This document shows positions 38,732 through 49,292 of a DNA stretch of 64,000 nucleotides, one piece after another. How positions within the stretch are numbered: the first letter of the stretch is position 1; the number at the start of each line of letters is the position of its first letter. The notes beneath the pieces were generated by a model that searched no databases, was not told the DNA's origin, and worked only from the letters and a program-made list of their open reading frames with translations. The stretch spans positions 31,067 to 95,066 of the forward strand of contig CAVUDL010000006.1 in NCBI GenBank assembly GCA_963740175.1, given 5' to 3'. The translations under genes were made by a program, and so were the position numbers. Source of the stretch: an uncultured Gemmatimonadales bacterium. Its GTDB lineage: Bacteria > Gemmatimonadota > Gemmatimonadetes > Gemmatimonadales > GWC2-71-9.

Positions 38732-39626
38732 GGTTCTTCATCATCCCATGCGCCAGATGCATCTTGCCGTCCTTGGCGTCGGGAACGAAACAGATCAGCC
38801 CGTAGTCTCCCGCGGTCAGATCGGCGGTGAAGCTCGCCCGCATGCCTTTCTCCAGCGCTCCGACGCCTGCCACAGGCATGGCGGGTGGCGGTCCTTTCAT
38901 GGTCTCTGTCCAGGTAGCAAAGTCCTGAACCGTCTTACCAGGGGCGAGCTTGACCATGACTATCTCGTGGACCTGCGGACCGGCGTTCTCGACCATGATT
39001 CTCTGCTTGCCCGCGGCGAGCGGTTGGGAGGATTCAAAGTCATAGTCCTTCAGCGTGATAGTCACGTCAGTCTCCGGCAGGTTCTTGGCGGCTCCTGAAG
39101 CAGCGCTAGTAACCTCGAAGGTCTGAACCATCCCCTTGGCCAGATGCGGGACGCCGTCGGGGCTGGGAATGAGGCACAGGTAGGCGTACTGGCCCGGCTC
39201 GAGAATCGATGTCGCATTCACCTGGCCACCCGGCGCAGCGGCGTTGGGCCCGCCTACCCACTTCATCCAGCTCGGCGGCGGCCCGTGCTGTTTCATGGCC
39301 GCGACGACATCCTTGCCGGTCTTCCCTTGTTCCAGCTTGACCAGCATTGCCTGGTGAACCTCTGTGCCCTGATTCTTGAGCTCCAGTGTCACGGCTCCGG
39401 CGGGGATCTGCGCCGGGGCATCGAACGCGAAGTCCTTCGCTGTGACCGTCACTGTTGCCGGAGCGGCGGACGCGGCCTCGCCAGCGGGGGTCGAGGCGGC
39501 GCCGCGCTGTGAGGAGGGACGTTCAGAGCTGCAGCCGGCCAACGCGAGCATGATCGCGAGCCGGGCACCGAGTCGTGCACCGTGAAGCATGAATCCTCCT
39601 GAAGGGTGGAAGGCGAGCGCCGCCAA
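38718..39626 (-). CDS. Lipoprotein with two tandem cupredoxin-like domains (putative blue-copper sites)
   Basis: Lipobox LALAGCSS; the start is possibly at 39590. There are two co-linear repeats, each with an upstream His (EVHQAML / QVHEIVM) and C-x9/10-H-x4-M (CLIPSPDGVPHLAKGM / CFVPDAKDGKMHLAHGM). Confidence 0.6.
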   Translation of the reverse strand: MAALAFHPSGGFMLHGARLGARLAIMLALAGCSSERPSSQRGAASTPAGEAASAAPATVTVTAKDFAFDAPAQIPAGAVTLELKNQGTEVHQAMLVKLEQGKTGKDVVAAMKQHGPPPSWMKWVGGPNAAAPGGQVNATSILEPGQYAYLCLIPSPDGVPHLAKGMVQTFEVTSAASGAAKNLPETDVTITLKDYDFESSQPLAAGKQRIMVENAGPQVHEIVMVKLAPGKTVQDFATWTETMKGPPPAMPVAGVGALEKGMRASFTADLTAGDYGLICFVPDAKDGKMHLAHGMMKNLKVS

Positions 39627-39668
39627 AATGTGGCCTGCAGGGAAATTCCGCCAGCCCCCCAGCCGCCC

Positions 39669-40775
39669 CTAGCTCCTGGGGCGGGCTCCCGCTTTCCCGT
39701 CGGAGCGGGCTCGCTGGACCAGGAGCAGATCGGTGATGTTATCCGAGGTCAGCAGGCCGACCAGCCCACCCGCGGGGTCCACCACCGGCAGGGCGGGGAG
39801 CCGGCTCGAGCGGAGGCGCTCCAGTGCATCCTGGAAACCCAGGTTCGGGGTGACCACCGGAACGTCGTGGGTCATCGCCTCGGTCACCGGCGCCGTTGGA
39901 CCACTACGCGATAAGCCGCGGATCAGGTTGTCGCGGGTGAGGATTCCCTCGATCCTTCCGTTGTTGTCCAGCACCGGAAACTCCCGCTGCTCCCCGCTGA
40001 GCAGGAGCTCGACCGCATCAGCCAGCGTCGCATACACCGGAATGGTGCGGAAGTCCGTCACCATCATCTGTGAAACTCGCAGCCCCTCACCCGCGACCCG
40101 CGTCTCTACCGCCTCAGCTTCCGCGCTCGCGCCGAGGAAGACGAAGAACGCCACCAGCACCGCCAGGTGACGTCCGGTCGAGATGGCGTAGAGGCCGCCG
40201 AGGACCGCCAGCATCTGGCCCAGGGTGGCAGCCACTCGCGTACCGCGCACCAATCCCATCCGGCTGGCGAGCAACGCCCGCAGGACCCGGCCCCCGTCCA
40301 TCGGAAACGCGGGAATCAGATTGAAGAGCAGGAGGTAGACGTTGACGTTCATCAGGAGCGACAGGAACGGCCGACTGGGGCTCAGGTCTCCGAGGCCGGC
40401 GTCATTTCCGCTGAGGCGGATTGTTGCGTAGAGGATCAGGGCGATGGCGGCGGTGACAGCCGGGCCGGCCAGCGCGATCAGCAGCTCCTGGCGGGGCTCT
40501 TCGGGAATGCGCTCCAGGCGGGCCACGCCGCCAATAGGTAGCAGAATGACATCCGGCGTGCGCACGCCGAACCGGCGCGCCATGAAAATGTGGCCGAACT
40601 CGTGAAGGAGAATGCAGCCGAAGACGGCGAGGAGCCACACCGCGGCGCCGATGGCGCCGGCGGTTCCCGCTTCCTGATACCCACCCACTGCCCACCACAC
40701 CAGAAACAGCACGAACGTCAGGTGCACCTTGATCTCGGTGCCCTTGATGCGCCCGATGGTGTAGACCCATTTCAT
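39669..40775 (-). CDS. Site-2 protease (M50) family metalloprotease with a C-terminal CBS pair
   Basis: HEFGH zinc motif within TM helices, NLIPAFPMDGGRV, then two CBS-like repeats. The start is taken at MKWVYTIGRIKG. Confidence 0.8.
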   Translation of the reverse strand: MKWVYTIGRIKGTEIKVHLTFVLFLVWWAVGGYQEAGTAGAIGAAVWLLAVFGCILLHEFGHIFMARRFGVRTPDVILLPIGGVARLERIPEEPRQELLIALAGPAVTAAIALILYATIRLSGNDAGLGDLSPSRPFLSLLMNVNVYLLLFNLIPAFPMDGGRVLRALLASRMGLVRGTRVAATLGQMLAVLGGLYAISTGRHLAVLVAFFVFLGASAEAEAVETRVAGEGLRVSQMMVTDFRTIPVYATLADAVELLLSGEQREFPVLDNNGRIEGILTRDNLIRGLSRSGPTAPVTEAMTHDVPVVTPNLGFQDALERLRSSRLPALPVVDPAGGLVGLLTSDNITDLLLVQRARSDGKAGARPRS

Positions 40776-40853
40776 CGCGCCACCGCCTCTCACGCAAAGC
40801 CCCACCCGGGAAGATATACCCGGGTGGGGCGCTGGGCGGCCTGCTCGAATGGA

Positions 40854-41522
40854 CTACACGATCACACGCAGGCCGAACTCGGTGCGCGATCGGAGCTCCA
40901 ACGACGGCTGGACGGTCGGCCGCGCCAGCGTGGCTCGCGCCTCGTCCGGCAGCGGGTGAAGCTGGGCCCACTGCGCCATGGCGCTCCGGAAGATCACCTG
41001 GGCGTCAATAGAGGTCAGGTTGAAGGTGCGGACGTAATGCATGATTGCTTCATCGGGTGTGACCTCGTCGGCCAGAATCTCGGCGGTCTCCAGCGCCATC
41101 CGCACGTGAGTCGTGGCGACCGCTTCGTCCGACATGGAACCGGCCAGCCGGCACTCGAGATTGGTGTGCTCGATGTGCTGTACCCGCTTCCGCAGTGCGT
41201 CGAGCATCTGGTCCGGCCGCAGCACCGTCCAGCCCGGAGCCCGCGATTCGAGCTGGGGCGCGCTCTCGATCAGCCCGGCCAGAGAGATGAGGGCGCGGGC
41301 CCGCACCGTCTCTTCGAGTGCAGCCGGAACTCCGACTTCGTGGAAGTACCGCTGGAGCGCTTCGTCCACCGGCAACCGCGACTTTAGCCGACGGACGAAC
41401 TCCGCGGCCTGGGCCTGATATGTTTCGGCGAGCGCTTCACAGGCCCGCGCGAACACCAGCTGAAGCCGCAGCTTCGTGGTTGTGGGAAACCTGCGACTGC
41501 CCACCAGGTTCGGACTGGTCAT
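40854..41522 (-). CDS. Hypothetical all-helical cytoplasmic protein
   Basis: 222-aa ORF directly upstream of, and co-oriented with, the S2P-CBS protease gene. No motif recognised. Confidence 0.5.
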   Translation of the reverse strand: MTSPNLVGSRRFPTTTKLRLQLVFARACEALAETYQAQAAEFVRRLKSRLPVDEALQRYFHEVGVPAALEETVRARALISLAGLIESAPQLESRAPGWTVLRPDQMLDALRKRVQHIEHTNLECRLAGSMSDEAVATTHVRMALETAEILADEVTPDEAIMHYVRTFNLTSIDAQVIFRSAMAQWAQLHPLPDEARATLARPTVQPSLELRSRTEFGLRVIV

Positions 41523-41686
41523 GACGCCTCACAAGAATTGCGGACGAACACTGCTCTGGGTGCCGGGAGTGCCGAGGACTGCACTGTCTGGAACGCGAAC
41601 TTTGTGCCGATCATCGGCACTTGGGGCCCGGTGCGGCGGACCTGCCGGTCCGGATGTAAACCGCTCAGGAACCAATGAGTTAGCGG

Positions 41687-43774
41687 GTGTGTTTTGGTCA
41701 GGAGTCGGGCGGCGGCCCTCTGCGCTGTAGCGCCGTCGCCACTCCCGGTGGGCCCCCCCACCACATTACAATTGCCCTTCTTCTCCACCACTGGAGCCAC
41801 GCCATCACCACCACCGTCGCCCCTCCGGCCTGGACCACCAAAGACGCCGAGAAGCTCTACAACATGAATGGCTGGGGATTGGGCTACTTCCGCATCAACG
41901 CGGAGGGGCACGTCATGGTGCACCCTGACGCCAACCGGAAGCGGGGACTCGACCTCTACCGGCTCGCCCTGGATCTCAATGCTCAGGGCGTCGGCCTGCC
42001 GCTGCTGCTGCGCTTCTCGAACATTCTGCAGTCTCGTATTCAGACCCTGGCCACCGAGTTCGGGAACGCCATCCGCGAATCTGGCTACCAGAGCAGCTAC
42101 ACCACCGTGTATCCGGTCAAGGTCAACCAGCAGCGGCACGTCATCCAGGAGATCGTGGAGTTCGGCGCTCCCCACGGCGTGGGGCTCGAGGTAGGCAGCA
42201 AGCCGGAGCTCCAGGCGGTGCTCGGCCTGAGCGAGAGCAGCAATCACCTGATCGTCTGCAACGGCTACAAGGACGAGGAGTTCATGCGTCTGGCCCTGAT
42301 GGGTCAGAAGCTGGGTCACCAGGTGATGATCGTGCTGGAGCAGCTCAACGAGCTGGAAGTGCTGCTCAAGGTCGCCGATGAGATGGCGGTGCAGCCCACG
42401 GCTGGTGTGCGGATCAAGCTGGCGACCGAGGGGTCCGGCCGCTGGGCCAAGAGCGGTGGTGAGCGTTCCAAGTTCGGGCTCGGCGCGGTTGAGCTGATGA
42501 AGCTGCTGGACCGGCTGGATCGGCTGGAGCGCAAGGACGTTCTGAAGCTGGTGCACTTCCACCTGGGCAGCCAGATCACCGACATCCGCCACGTGAAGGC
42601 GGGGCTGGAGGAGATCGGCCGGTATTATGTCGAGCTCCGGAACATGGGCTTCGACATCACTCACGTGGACGTCGGCGGAGGACTCGGGGTGGACTATGAG
42701 GGCTCCCGCTCCACCCGTCCTGCCAGCGTCAACTACTCCATGCGGGAATACGCCAGCGACATCGTCTACACCTTGGGCTCCGTCTGCCGGACCGAGAACC
42801 TGCCGATGCCGCACATCATCTCAGAATCGGGCCGGGCGATCACCGCTCACCACGCCCTCCTGCTCATCAATGTGATTGACGTGGAATCGCAGATCGAGCC
42901 GCTGGCGCCCAAGCTGCGGGAAGAACCGCATGCCCTGCTGGTCGAGATGGCGGAGAATCTGGAGGGACTGACGGCGGATCGGATCGAGGAGGTGTTCCAC
43001 GACGCGCTCTTCGCCAAGGAGCGGGCCCAGGAGTATTTCGCCAGCGGCGTGTTCTCGCTGCGCGACAAGGCTGACGCGGACCAGCTCTACCTGGTGACGC
43101 TGAACGCGCTTACCAACGCCATCAAGGAAGACAAGGCGTCGTTTCCCGAGATCGTCAGCCACATCGAGGCCGAGCTGGTGGACCGCTATTTCTGCAACTT
43201 TTCGGTCTTCCAGAGCCTCCCGGACCACTGGGCCATCGATCAGCTCTTCCCGATCATGCCGATTCACCGGCTCAACGAGCAGCCGATCCGCCGGGGAACC
43301 CTGCAGGATGTCACCTGCGACTCGGACGGCGTGATAGACCGGTTCACCGGAGGCCGGAAGGGGAAGCCCTCACTGGAGCTTCACCCCTTCGTGGAGGACG
43401 AGCCCTACATCCTCGGCATCTTCCTGACGGGTGCCTACCAGGAGATTCTGGGCGACCTGCACAACCTCTTCGGCGATACCAACGCGGTGCATGTCCGGCT
43501 CACCGAGCAGGGCTACGAGATCACCGACCTGGTTCATGGGGACACGGTCACGGAGGTGCTCAACTACGTCCAGTTCCACGCCACCGATCTTCTGGCCGCG
43601 TTTCGGCGGAAGGTGAGCAACGCGAAGGGACTCAGCCGGCAGGAGGCGAACAGCTTCATCGCGGACTTCGTGGCGGGGCTGGAGGGGTATACCTATCTGG
43701 AAGGCGACGTGCCGGTTGAAGTAGAAGACGTGAGCAGGAAAAGCGTGAGCAAGGGGAAGGCCGCACGGAAGTGA
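41687..43774 (+). CDS. speA: Biosynthetic arginine decarboxylase; true start uncertain
   Basis: The conserved core begins at WTTKDAEKLYNMNGWG (about 41831), with LLLRFSNILQSRI, YPVKVNQQ and HFHLGSQI. No ATG/GTG/TTG lies in frame between 41687 and 41831. Confidence 0.85.
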   Translation: MCFGQESGGGPLRCSAVATPGGPPHHITIALLLHHWSHAITTTVAPPAWTTKDAEKLYNMNGWGLGYFRINAEGHVMVHPDANRKRGLDLYRLALDLNAQGVGLPLLLRFSNILQSRIQTLATEFGNAIRESGYQSSYTTVYPVKVNQQRHVIQEIVEFGAPHGVGLEVGSKPELQAVLGLSESSNHLIVCNGYKDEEFMRLALMGQKLGHQVMIVLEQLNELEVLLKVADEMAVQPTAGVRIKLATEGSGRWAKSGGERSKFGLGAVELMKLLDRLDRLERKDVLKLVHFHLGSQITDIRHVKAGLEEIGRYYVELRNMGFDITHVDVGGGLGVDYEGSRSTRPASVNYSMREYASDIVYTLGSVCRTENLPMPHIISESGRAITAHHALLLINVIDVESQIEPLAPKLREEPHALLVEMAENLEGLTADRIEEVFHDALFAKERAQEYFASGVFSLRDKADADQLYLVTLNALTNAIKEDKASFPEIVSHIEAELVDRYFCNFSVFQSLPDHWAIDQLFPIMPIHRLNEQPIRRGTLQDVTCDSDGVIDRFTGGRKGKPSLELHPFVEDEPYILGIFLTGAYQEILGDLHNLFGDTNAVHVRLTEQGYEITDLVHGDTVTEVLNYVQFHATDLLAAFRRKVSNAKGLSRQEANSFIADFVAGLEGYTYLEGDVPVEVEDVSRKSVSKGKAARK

Positions 43775-43845
43775 GCAGTAGGACGCTTCGTTCGGGATGA
43801 CTAGTCTCCTCGCCTCTCACGCTCTCCCGTCTGCACGTCTCCCTC

Positions 43846-43851
<6 letters not shown>
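43729..43851. repeat. GTGAGCRG-type direct repeats and inverted CTCACGC / CTCTTACCG copies at the speA / gltA convergent junction
   Basis: Direct copies cgtgagcagg (43729-43738), gcgtgagcaagg (43743-43754) and gtgagcagtagg (43771-43782, containing the speA stop). Inverted copies cctctcacgctc (43813-43824) and ccctcttaccg (43841-43851). Confidence 0.7.
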
Positions 43852-45171
<1,320 letters not shown>

Positions 45172-45233
45172 GCTGATCCTCGGCGAGATGGAAGTCCTGT
45201 AGAGCTGGCTCCATGGCTGAACATAGGGGGGTT

Positions 45234-45339
45234 GAGGGTCTATGGTCTAGAGTCTAAGGTCTATCCGTATACGGCGGACCCATAGTAGACTCTCGATGCT
45301 CGCTGGCGACTCTCGACCCTCGACCCTAGACTCTCACCA
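45234..45339. repeat. GGTCTA/TAGACC-type short repeats around the palindrome CCGTATACGG in the gltA / peptidase divergent region
   Basis: gagggtctatggtctagagtctaaggtctatcc at 45234-45266, ccgtatacgg at 45265-45274, and gactctcgaccctcgaccctagactctcacc up to 45339. This unit is related to the 29271-29345 locus. Confidence 0.8.
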
Positions 45340-45341
45340 TC

Positions 45342-46883
45342 ATGAAGTCATTCATCTCCCTGCTGGCCCTCGCCACCGCCGCTCCCCTCTCGGCCCAATC
45401 CTCGGTGGACACGGCCGGCGCCGGCGTCCTCATCGACCAGGCCCTGAATCGCTCCGAGGTCATGCGGAATCTTCAGCACCTGAGCGATGTGATCGGCCCC
45501 CGGCTGTCGGGCTCCTCCGCCATGCGCCGGGCCAACGAGTGGACCGCAGGACGGTTCAAGGCCTACGGGCTGACCGCGACGCTGGAGCCCTACCTGTTTG
45601 GAGTGACCTGGGAGCGCGGACCGGTTACGCTGCGGTTGGTATCGCCGTTCTCTCGCGCCATCACGGCCCACAGCTGGGCCTGGACCGAGGGAACCGGCGG
45701 TAAGACCGCCGCCGGTCCGGTCGTGCTCGCGGATCTCTCGACGCCCGAGAGCCTCGCCGTCAATCGTCACAAGGTGAAGGGTGCCTGGGTGCTTCCCCGC
45801 GCTCCCTACCCGGTGTGGAACCCGGACGGTCCGGACCAGACCCCAGCCGATTCTCTCCGGCTCGCCGAGCAGCTGCGGCTGCGTGGGCTGGCGACGGCGG
45901 ACACCACGCCTGCCGCCGTGCTGGCCCGGCGACAATTCGCCGTTGACCTTCCGTATGTGCTCAAGGCAGCGGGAGCGCTCGGGACCCTGATCGATGGGGG
46001 AAAGGAGCATGCGCTGATGACCATGAGCGGCTCGCCCACGAGGGTCTCGCCGCTACCCAGTCTGGTCATCTCCAACGAAGACTACGGCATGTTGGCTCGG
46101 CAGATCGCGGCCGGCGCGAAGCCACGGGTCGAGGCCCGCATCGATAACCGGGTGGGTAAGGACACGGTGCGGCAGTGGAACACCGTCGCGGAGATCCGGG
46201 GATCCGAGCGGCCTGGCCAGGTGGTGATCCTCGGCGCCCACCTCGACAGCTGGGACCTCGGCACCGGCGTGACCGACAACGGCACCGGCTCGATGGTAGT
46301 GTTGGAGGCCGCCCGTGCCATCGCTCGCTCCGGACTCAAGCCGAAGCGAACTATCCGGTTCATCCTGTTCAGCGGGGAAGAGCAGGGGTTAATCGGCTCA
46401 CGCGCGTACGCCGAGGCCCATGCGGCAACAGCGGACAGCATCCAGGCGGTACTGGTGCTCGACAACGGTACCGGCGCCATCACCGGGCAGGCGCTACAGG
46501 GCCGCACTGATCTGGAGGGACTCTGGAAGGAGCTACTGGCGCCCGTCGCATCGCTCGACGCCGACAGCGTGCGCGCGGCCAGCAAGAGCGGGACGGACCA
46601 TCTCTCGTTTCTGCCATATGGTGTGCCGGGATTCAACTTCGATCAGCTGCGGAGGGGGTACAATCACACCCACCACTCCGAGAGCGACACCTACGACAAG
46701 GCGGTGGCGGGAGACCTGAAGCAGGCGACGGCGGTTATGGCGGTGACGGCGTATGAGCTGGCGAACCTGCCGGAGCTGCTGCCGAGGGGACCGAAGAGCC
46801 CAGTGGCGCCGGTGCCGTCGAGGCCATCGCCGGGAGTAGCAGCGGGGGGACAGGCGGACGGGCGGACAGGCGGGCAGCGATAG
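45342..46883 (+). CDS. M28-family aminopeptidase with PA domain, secreted
   Basis: Signal peptide MKSFISLLALATAAPLSAQ, plus HLDSWDLGTGVTDNGTGS and FSGEEQGLIGSRAY. Confidence 0.8.
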   Translation: MKSFISLLALATAAPLSAQSSVDTAGAGVLIDQALNRSEVMRNLQHLSDVIGPRLSGSSAMRRANEWTAGRFKAYGLTATLEPYLFGVTWERGPVTLRLVSPFSRAITAHSWAWTEGTGGKTAAGPVVLADLSTPESLAVNRHKVKGAWVLPRAPYPVWNPDGPDQTPADSLRLAEQLRLRGLATADTTPAAVLARRQFAVDLPYVLKAAGALGTLIDGGKEHALMTMSGSPTRVSPLPSLVISNEDYGMLARQIAAGAKPRVEARIDNRVGKDTVRQWNTVAEIRGSERPGQVVILGAHLDSWDLGTGVTDNGTGSMVVLEAARAIARSGLKPKRTIRFILFSGEEQGLIGSRAYAEAHAATADSIQAVLVLDNGTGAITGQALQGRTDLEGLWKELLAPVASLDADSVRAASKSGTDHLSFLPYGVPGFNFDQLRRGYNHTHHSESDTYDKAVAGDLKQATAVMAVTAYELANLPELLPRGPKSPVAPVPSRPSPGVAAGGQADGRTGGQR

Positions 46884-46898
46884 AACCGGGAAGTGCAA

Positions 46899-47087
46899 CA
46901 GCGTGAGTGGGACAAGGACAAGCGTGAGCGGGACGCGAGGGGTCGAGTAACGATGAGCGCTACCCTGTCATCCTGATCGTAGCGAAGGATCTGGTCGTCA
47001 GGCGCATTAGAGTCATCCATGGGCCGACTCGGATGACACATGGTGCTGTTCCCCTCACGGCTTACGCTTGTCCTTGTCCCGCCCACG
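46899..47087. repeat. Imperfect inverted repeats of about 37 bp enclosing about 110 bp (MITE-like palindromic element)
   Basis: Left arm cagcgtgagtgggacaaggacaagcgtgagcgggacgcgagggg at 46899-46941. Right arm cccctcacggcttacgcttgtccttgtcccgcccacg at 47051-47087. The core gggacaaggacaagcgt(g/a)ag is shared. The interior carries a gtcatcctgatcgtagcgaaggatc motif. Confidence 0.8.
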
Positions 47088-47102
47088 TTTTTTGTCCCCG
47101 CT

Positions 47103-47810
47103 TTACCGCGCTACCACCATCTTCTGCACCTTCTTCCGCTCGCGCCCCTTGCTGTCAGTGACGATGAGCTCGAGGGTGTACGTACCCGGTTTGGTTGAGC
47201 CGAGCTTGAGCTCCTGCTCCCGTCGGGAAGCCGGCCCGTCCACTCGATCCTTGAAGCTGACGACCAGTGATGTGGGCTTGGCCGTCTTCTTTTTCTTTCC
47301 CGCAGTCCGCTGCTGCTGCTGGATGAGTCGAACCCGTCCGCTATAAGTACTACCGGAAGCCAAACCACACACATCGTAGTTGATCTCCACTTCCGATCCA
47401 GCAGTAGCCTGAGGTACCGCGTCCATGAGCACATGAAACTTGGGCGTCTTCCCCTTGCTCACCGGCGGGCACAGTGATCGTCCGGATGCATTGAGCGCGT
47501 ACGCGCCAACCAGCGTCAAGGCTACCGCTGCCGCGATGGCGCCGACGATGCGAGGCTTGCGCTGACCCTGGCGCCACAGATCCCGGCCGTGCTGCTGCGC
47601 TCTCTGGAATCCTTTCATCGCCAGTCTCTGGGTTCGCCGGAACCCTTCCATGGCCGACCGCGCTGCGCGCCGAAGCGCCGCCTGGGCTTTCGACGCCGCA
47701 GGCCTGAGGGTGTCCTTCAGTGCCCGAAGACCTTCCTGAACCAGGCCGGGCTCGAAGCGCCTCCGGGTAGGGCGGGGCATCCCGGGCATCTCCGAAAATG
47801 GATCGCTCAT
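47103..47810 (-). CDS. Hypothetical single-pass membrane protein
   Basis: Start at MSDPFSEM. Basic N-terminal region with an internal repeat (AMEGFRRTQRLAMKGFQRAQ), a TM segment IVGAIAAAVALTLVGAYAL, and a beta-rich C-terminal domain. Confidence 0.5.
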   Translation of the reverse strand: MSDPFSEMPGMPRPTRRRFEPGLVQEGLRALKDTLRPAASKAQAALRRAARSAMEGFRRTQRLAMKGFQRAQQHGRDLWRQGQRKPRIVGAIAAAVALTLVGAYALNASGRSLCPPVSKGKTPKFHVLMDAVPQATAGSEVEINYDVCGLASGSTYSGRVRLIQQQQRTAGKKKKTAKPTSLVVSFKDRVDGPASRREQELKLGSTKPGTYTLELIVTDSKGRERKKVQKMVVAR

Positions 47811-48083
47811 ATTCCTCAGACCTCCACAAGAAATTCTGGTCGCAGCTCGCTGGCGGGCGGAGAAAACCGAGCAAGGATCGTGTAATTGGATCGCCCGGCG
47901 GCAAAGCCTGGGACGGCCTCGGCCCAATCCATTAACCCTCAATCACATGGCGTCTCGAGACAGAATCTGCATCTCTTCCCTCGAGGATACGGGATATGGA
48001 GAAGGCGCCTGCGGTTCGGGCAATGTGCAAGGAGAACGGGACTGGGTAGCTTCCTCGGCCGAGCAATTCTTTGCGAGGACTGG

Positions 48084-49274
48084 ATGACCGACACCGCGCT
48101 TGGTGGGACCCCCAAATCCGCCGGTTCCAAACCCGATGCGGGGCGCCAGGGGCTGCTCCCCCTTTTCATGGCCCTTGGGTTCGTGGTTGGGTGTCGGCTC
48201 CTGCTTTACGCCTGGATGCCTGACCGGGCGACCGACTTCGATTTCCTCTACGATGCGGCCGCCCGGTTGGTCCGGGGCGAGAACCCTTACCCGGTAGCAG
48301 CGCAGCGGTTCCCCTATCCACTGCCGGCCGTGCTGCTCGCCGTCCCGTTCACGACGATTGCGCTGGAGCTTGCGCGTCCGATCTTCGACATCCTGGTCGG
48401 ATGCGCGTTCGTGTATGCGCTCTGGCGATACCGCGGGACCACCGCGGTTCTGGCGGTCGTGTCAGGCGCCTACCTCTCCGCCATGGCAAGGGGCCAGACC
48501 ACGCCACTCATGCTGGCCGCAACGCTAGTCCCGGCGCTCGGATTTCTGCTCGCTGTCAGACCCAACACCTCGGCGGCCCTCTGGATTGGATGGCCTTCGG
48601 TCCGAACTCTTCTGGGGGCGAGTCTCTTTGTGGGCCTGAGCTTCGTGGTCCTGCCTACGTGGCCCTGGGAATGGTGGCTGGCTTTGCCGCTGGATCACGC
48701 AACGCTGTTACCCCCAGTCATGCGTCCCTTTGGGTTCGTCCTGCTGCTGGCGGCGCTCCGGTGGCGCCTTCCGGAAGGACGACTCCTCCTGGCCATCGCC
48801 CTGATTCCCCAGAGCACGCTGCCGTACGAGCTGGTCCCACTGGCGCTCATCCCCGCCAATCGGCTGGAGATGGGGCTCTATGTGGGGGGGACGTGGATCG
48901 CAGTGGCGGCAGCGGAGGGCTTGCACCTCGGCGATACCATGGCCGAGTGGACGGCGACCGGATGGCCGGTGACGCTCTGTTTCGTCTATCTACCGATGAT
49001 GTATCTGGTGCTTCGGCGGCCGATGGGCAGGACTCGGAGTGGACCCAAGGTGGAGAAGGATCGAAGGAGGCCCCATCGCCTGGACGATGACGAGCTCAAG
49101 GTCGACGTCACGACGGACGCCGCGGGCGGGGTCGTGGTGAGGGTGACCCACCTCCCGACTCGAGAGTTTGCCAGCGAGACCGGAAAGACCCGCGAGATCG
49201 CGGAGCGGAAGGCGCACGACAAGCTGGCCGGGATGCTGGCGGAGAGGCGTCGTTCTCCTGAGATACTTCCTTAA
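48084..49274 (+). CDS. Polytopic membrane protein (possibly DUF2029/GT-C-like) with a charged cytoplasmic tail
   Basis: Start at MTDTALGG, about 9-10 hydrophobic segments, and a C-terminal 80-aa hydrophilic tail. The family call is weak. Confidence 0.45.
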   Translation: MTDTALGGTPKSAGSKPDAGRQGLLPLFMALGFVVGCRLLLYAWMPDRATDFDFLYDAAARLVRGENPYPVAAQRFPYPLPAVLLAVPFTTIALELARPIFDILVGCAFVYALWRYRGTTAVLAVVSGAYLSAMARGQTTPLMLAATLVPALGFLLAVRPNTSAALWIGWPSVRTLLGASLFVGLSFVVLPTWPWEWWLALPLDHATLLPPVMRPFGFVLLLAALRWRLPEGRLLLAIALIPQSTLPYELVPLALIPANRLEMGLYVGGTWIAVAAAEGLHLGDTMAEWTATGWPVTLCFVYLPMMYLVLRRPMGRTRSGPKVEKDRRRPHRLDDDELKVDVTTDAAGGVVVRVTHLPTREFASETGKTREIAERKAHDKLAGMLAERRRSPEILP

Positions 49275-49292
49275 CTTCGGAATTGTACCAGC

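Noticed and set aside
41519-42814. 431-aa minus-strand ORF opposite speA
   Set aside because: It is antisense to a gene with unambiguous arginine decarboxylase motifs. The translation is low-complexity (His/Leu/Val/Ala/Gly-rich) with no recognisable domain. Long antisense ORFs of this kind are typical in GC-rich DNA.
49060-49274. dsRBD-like appearance of the C-terminal tail of the 48084..49274 membrane protein (…ASETGKTREIAERKAHDKLAGML)
   Set aside because: The resemblance rests on a short G-x-T/S-K-x-x-A-E-x-x-A pattern only. It is too weak without a profile search or structure model.
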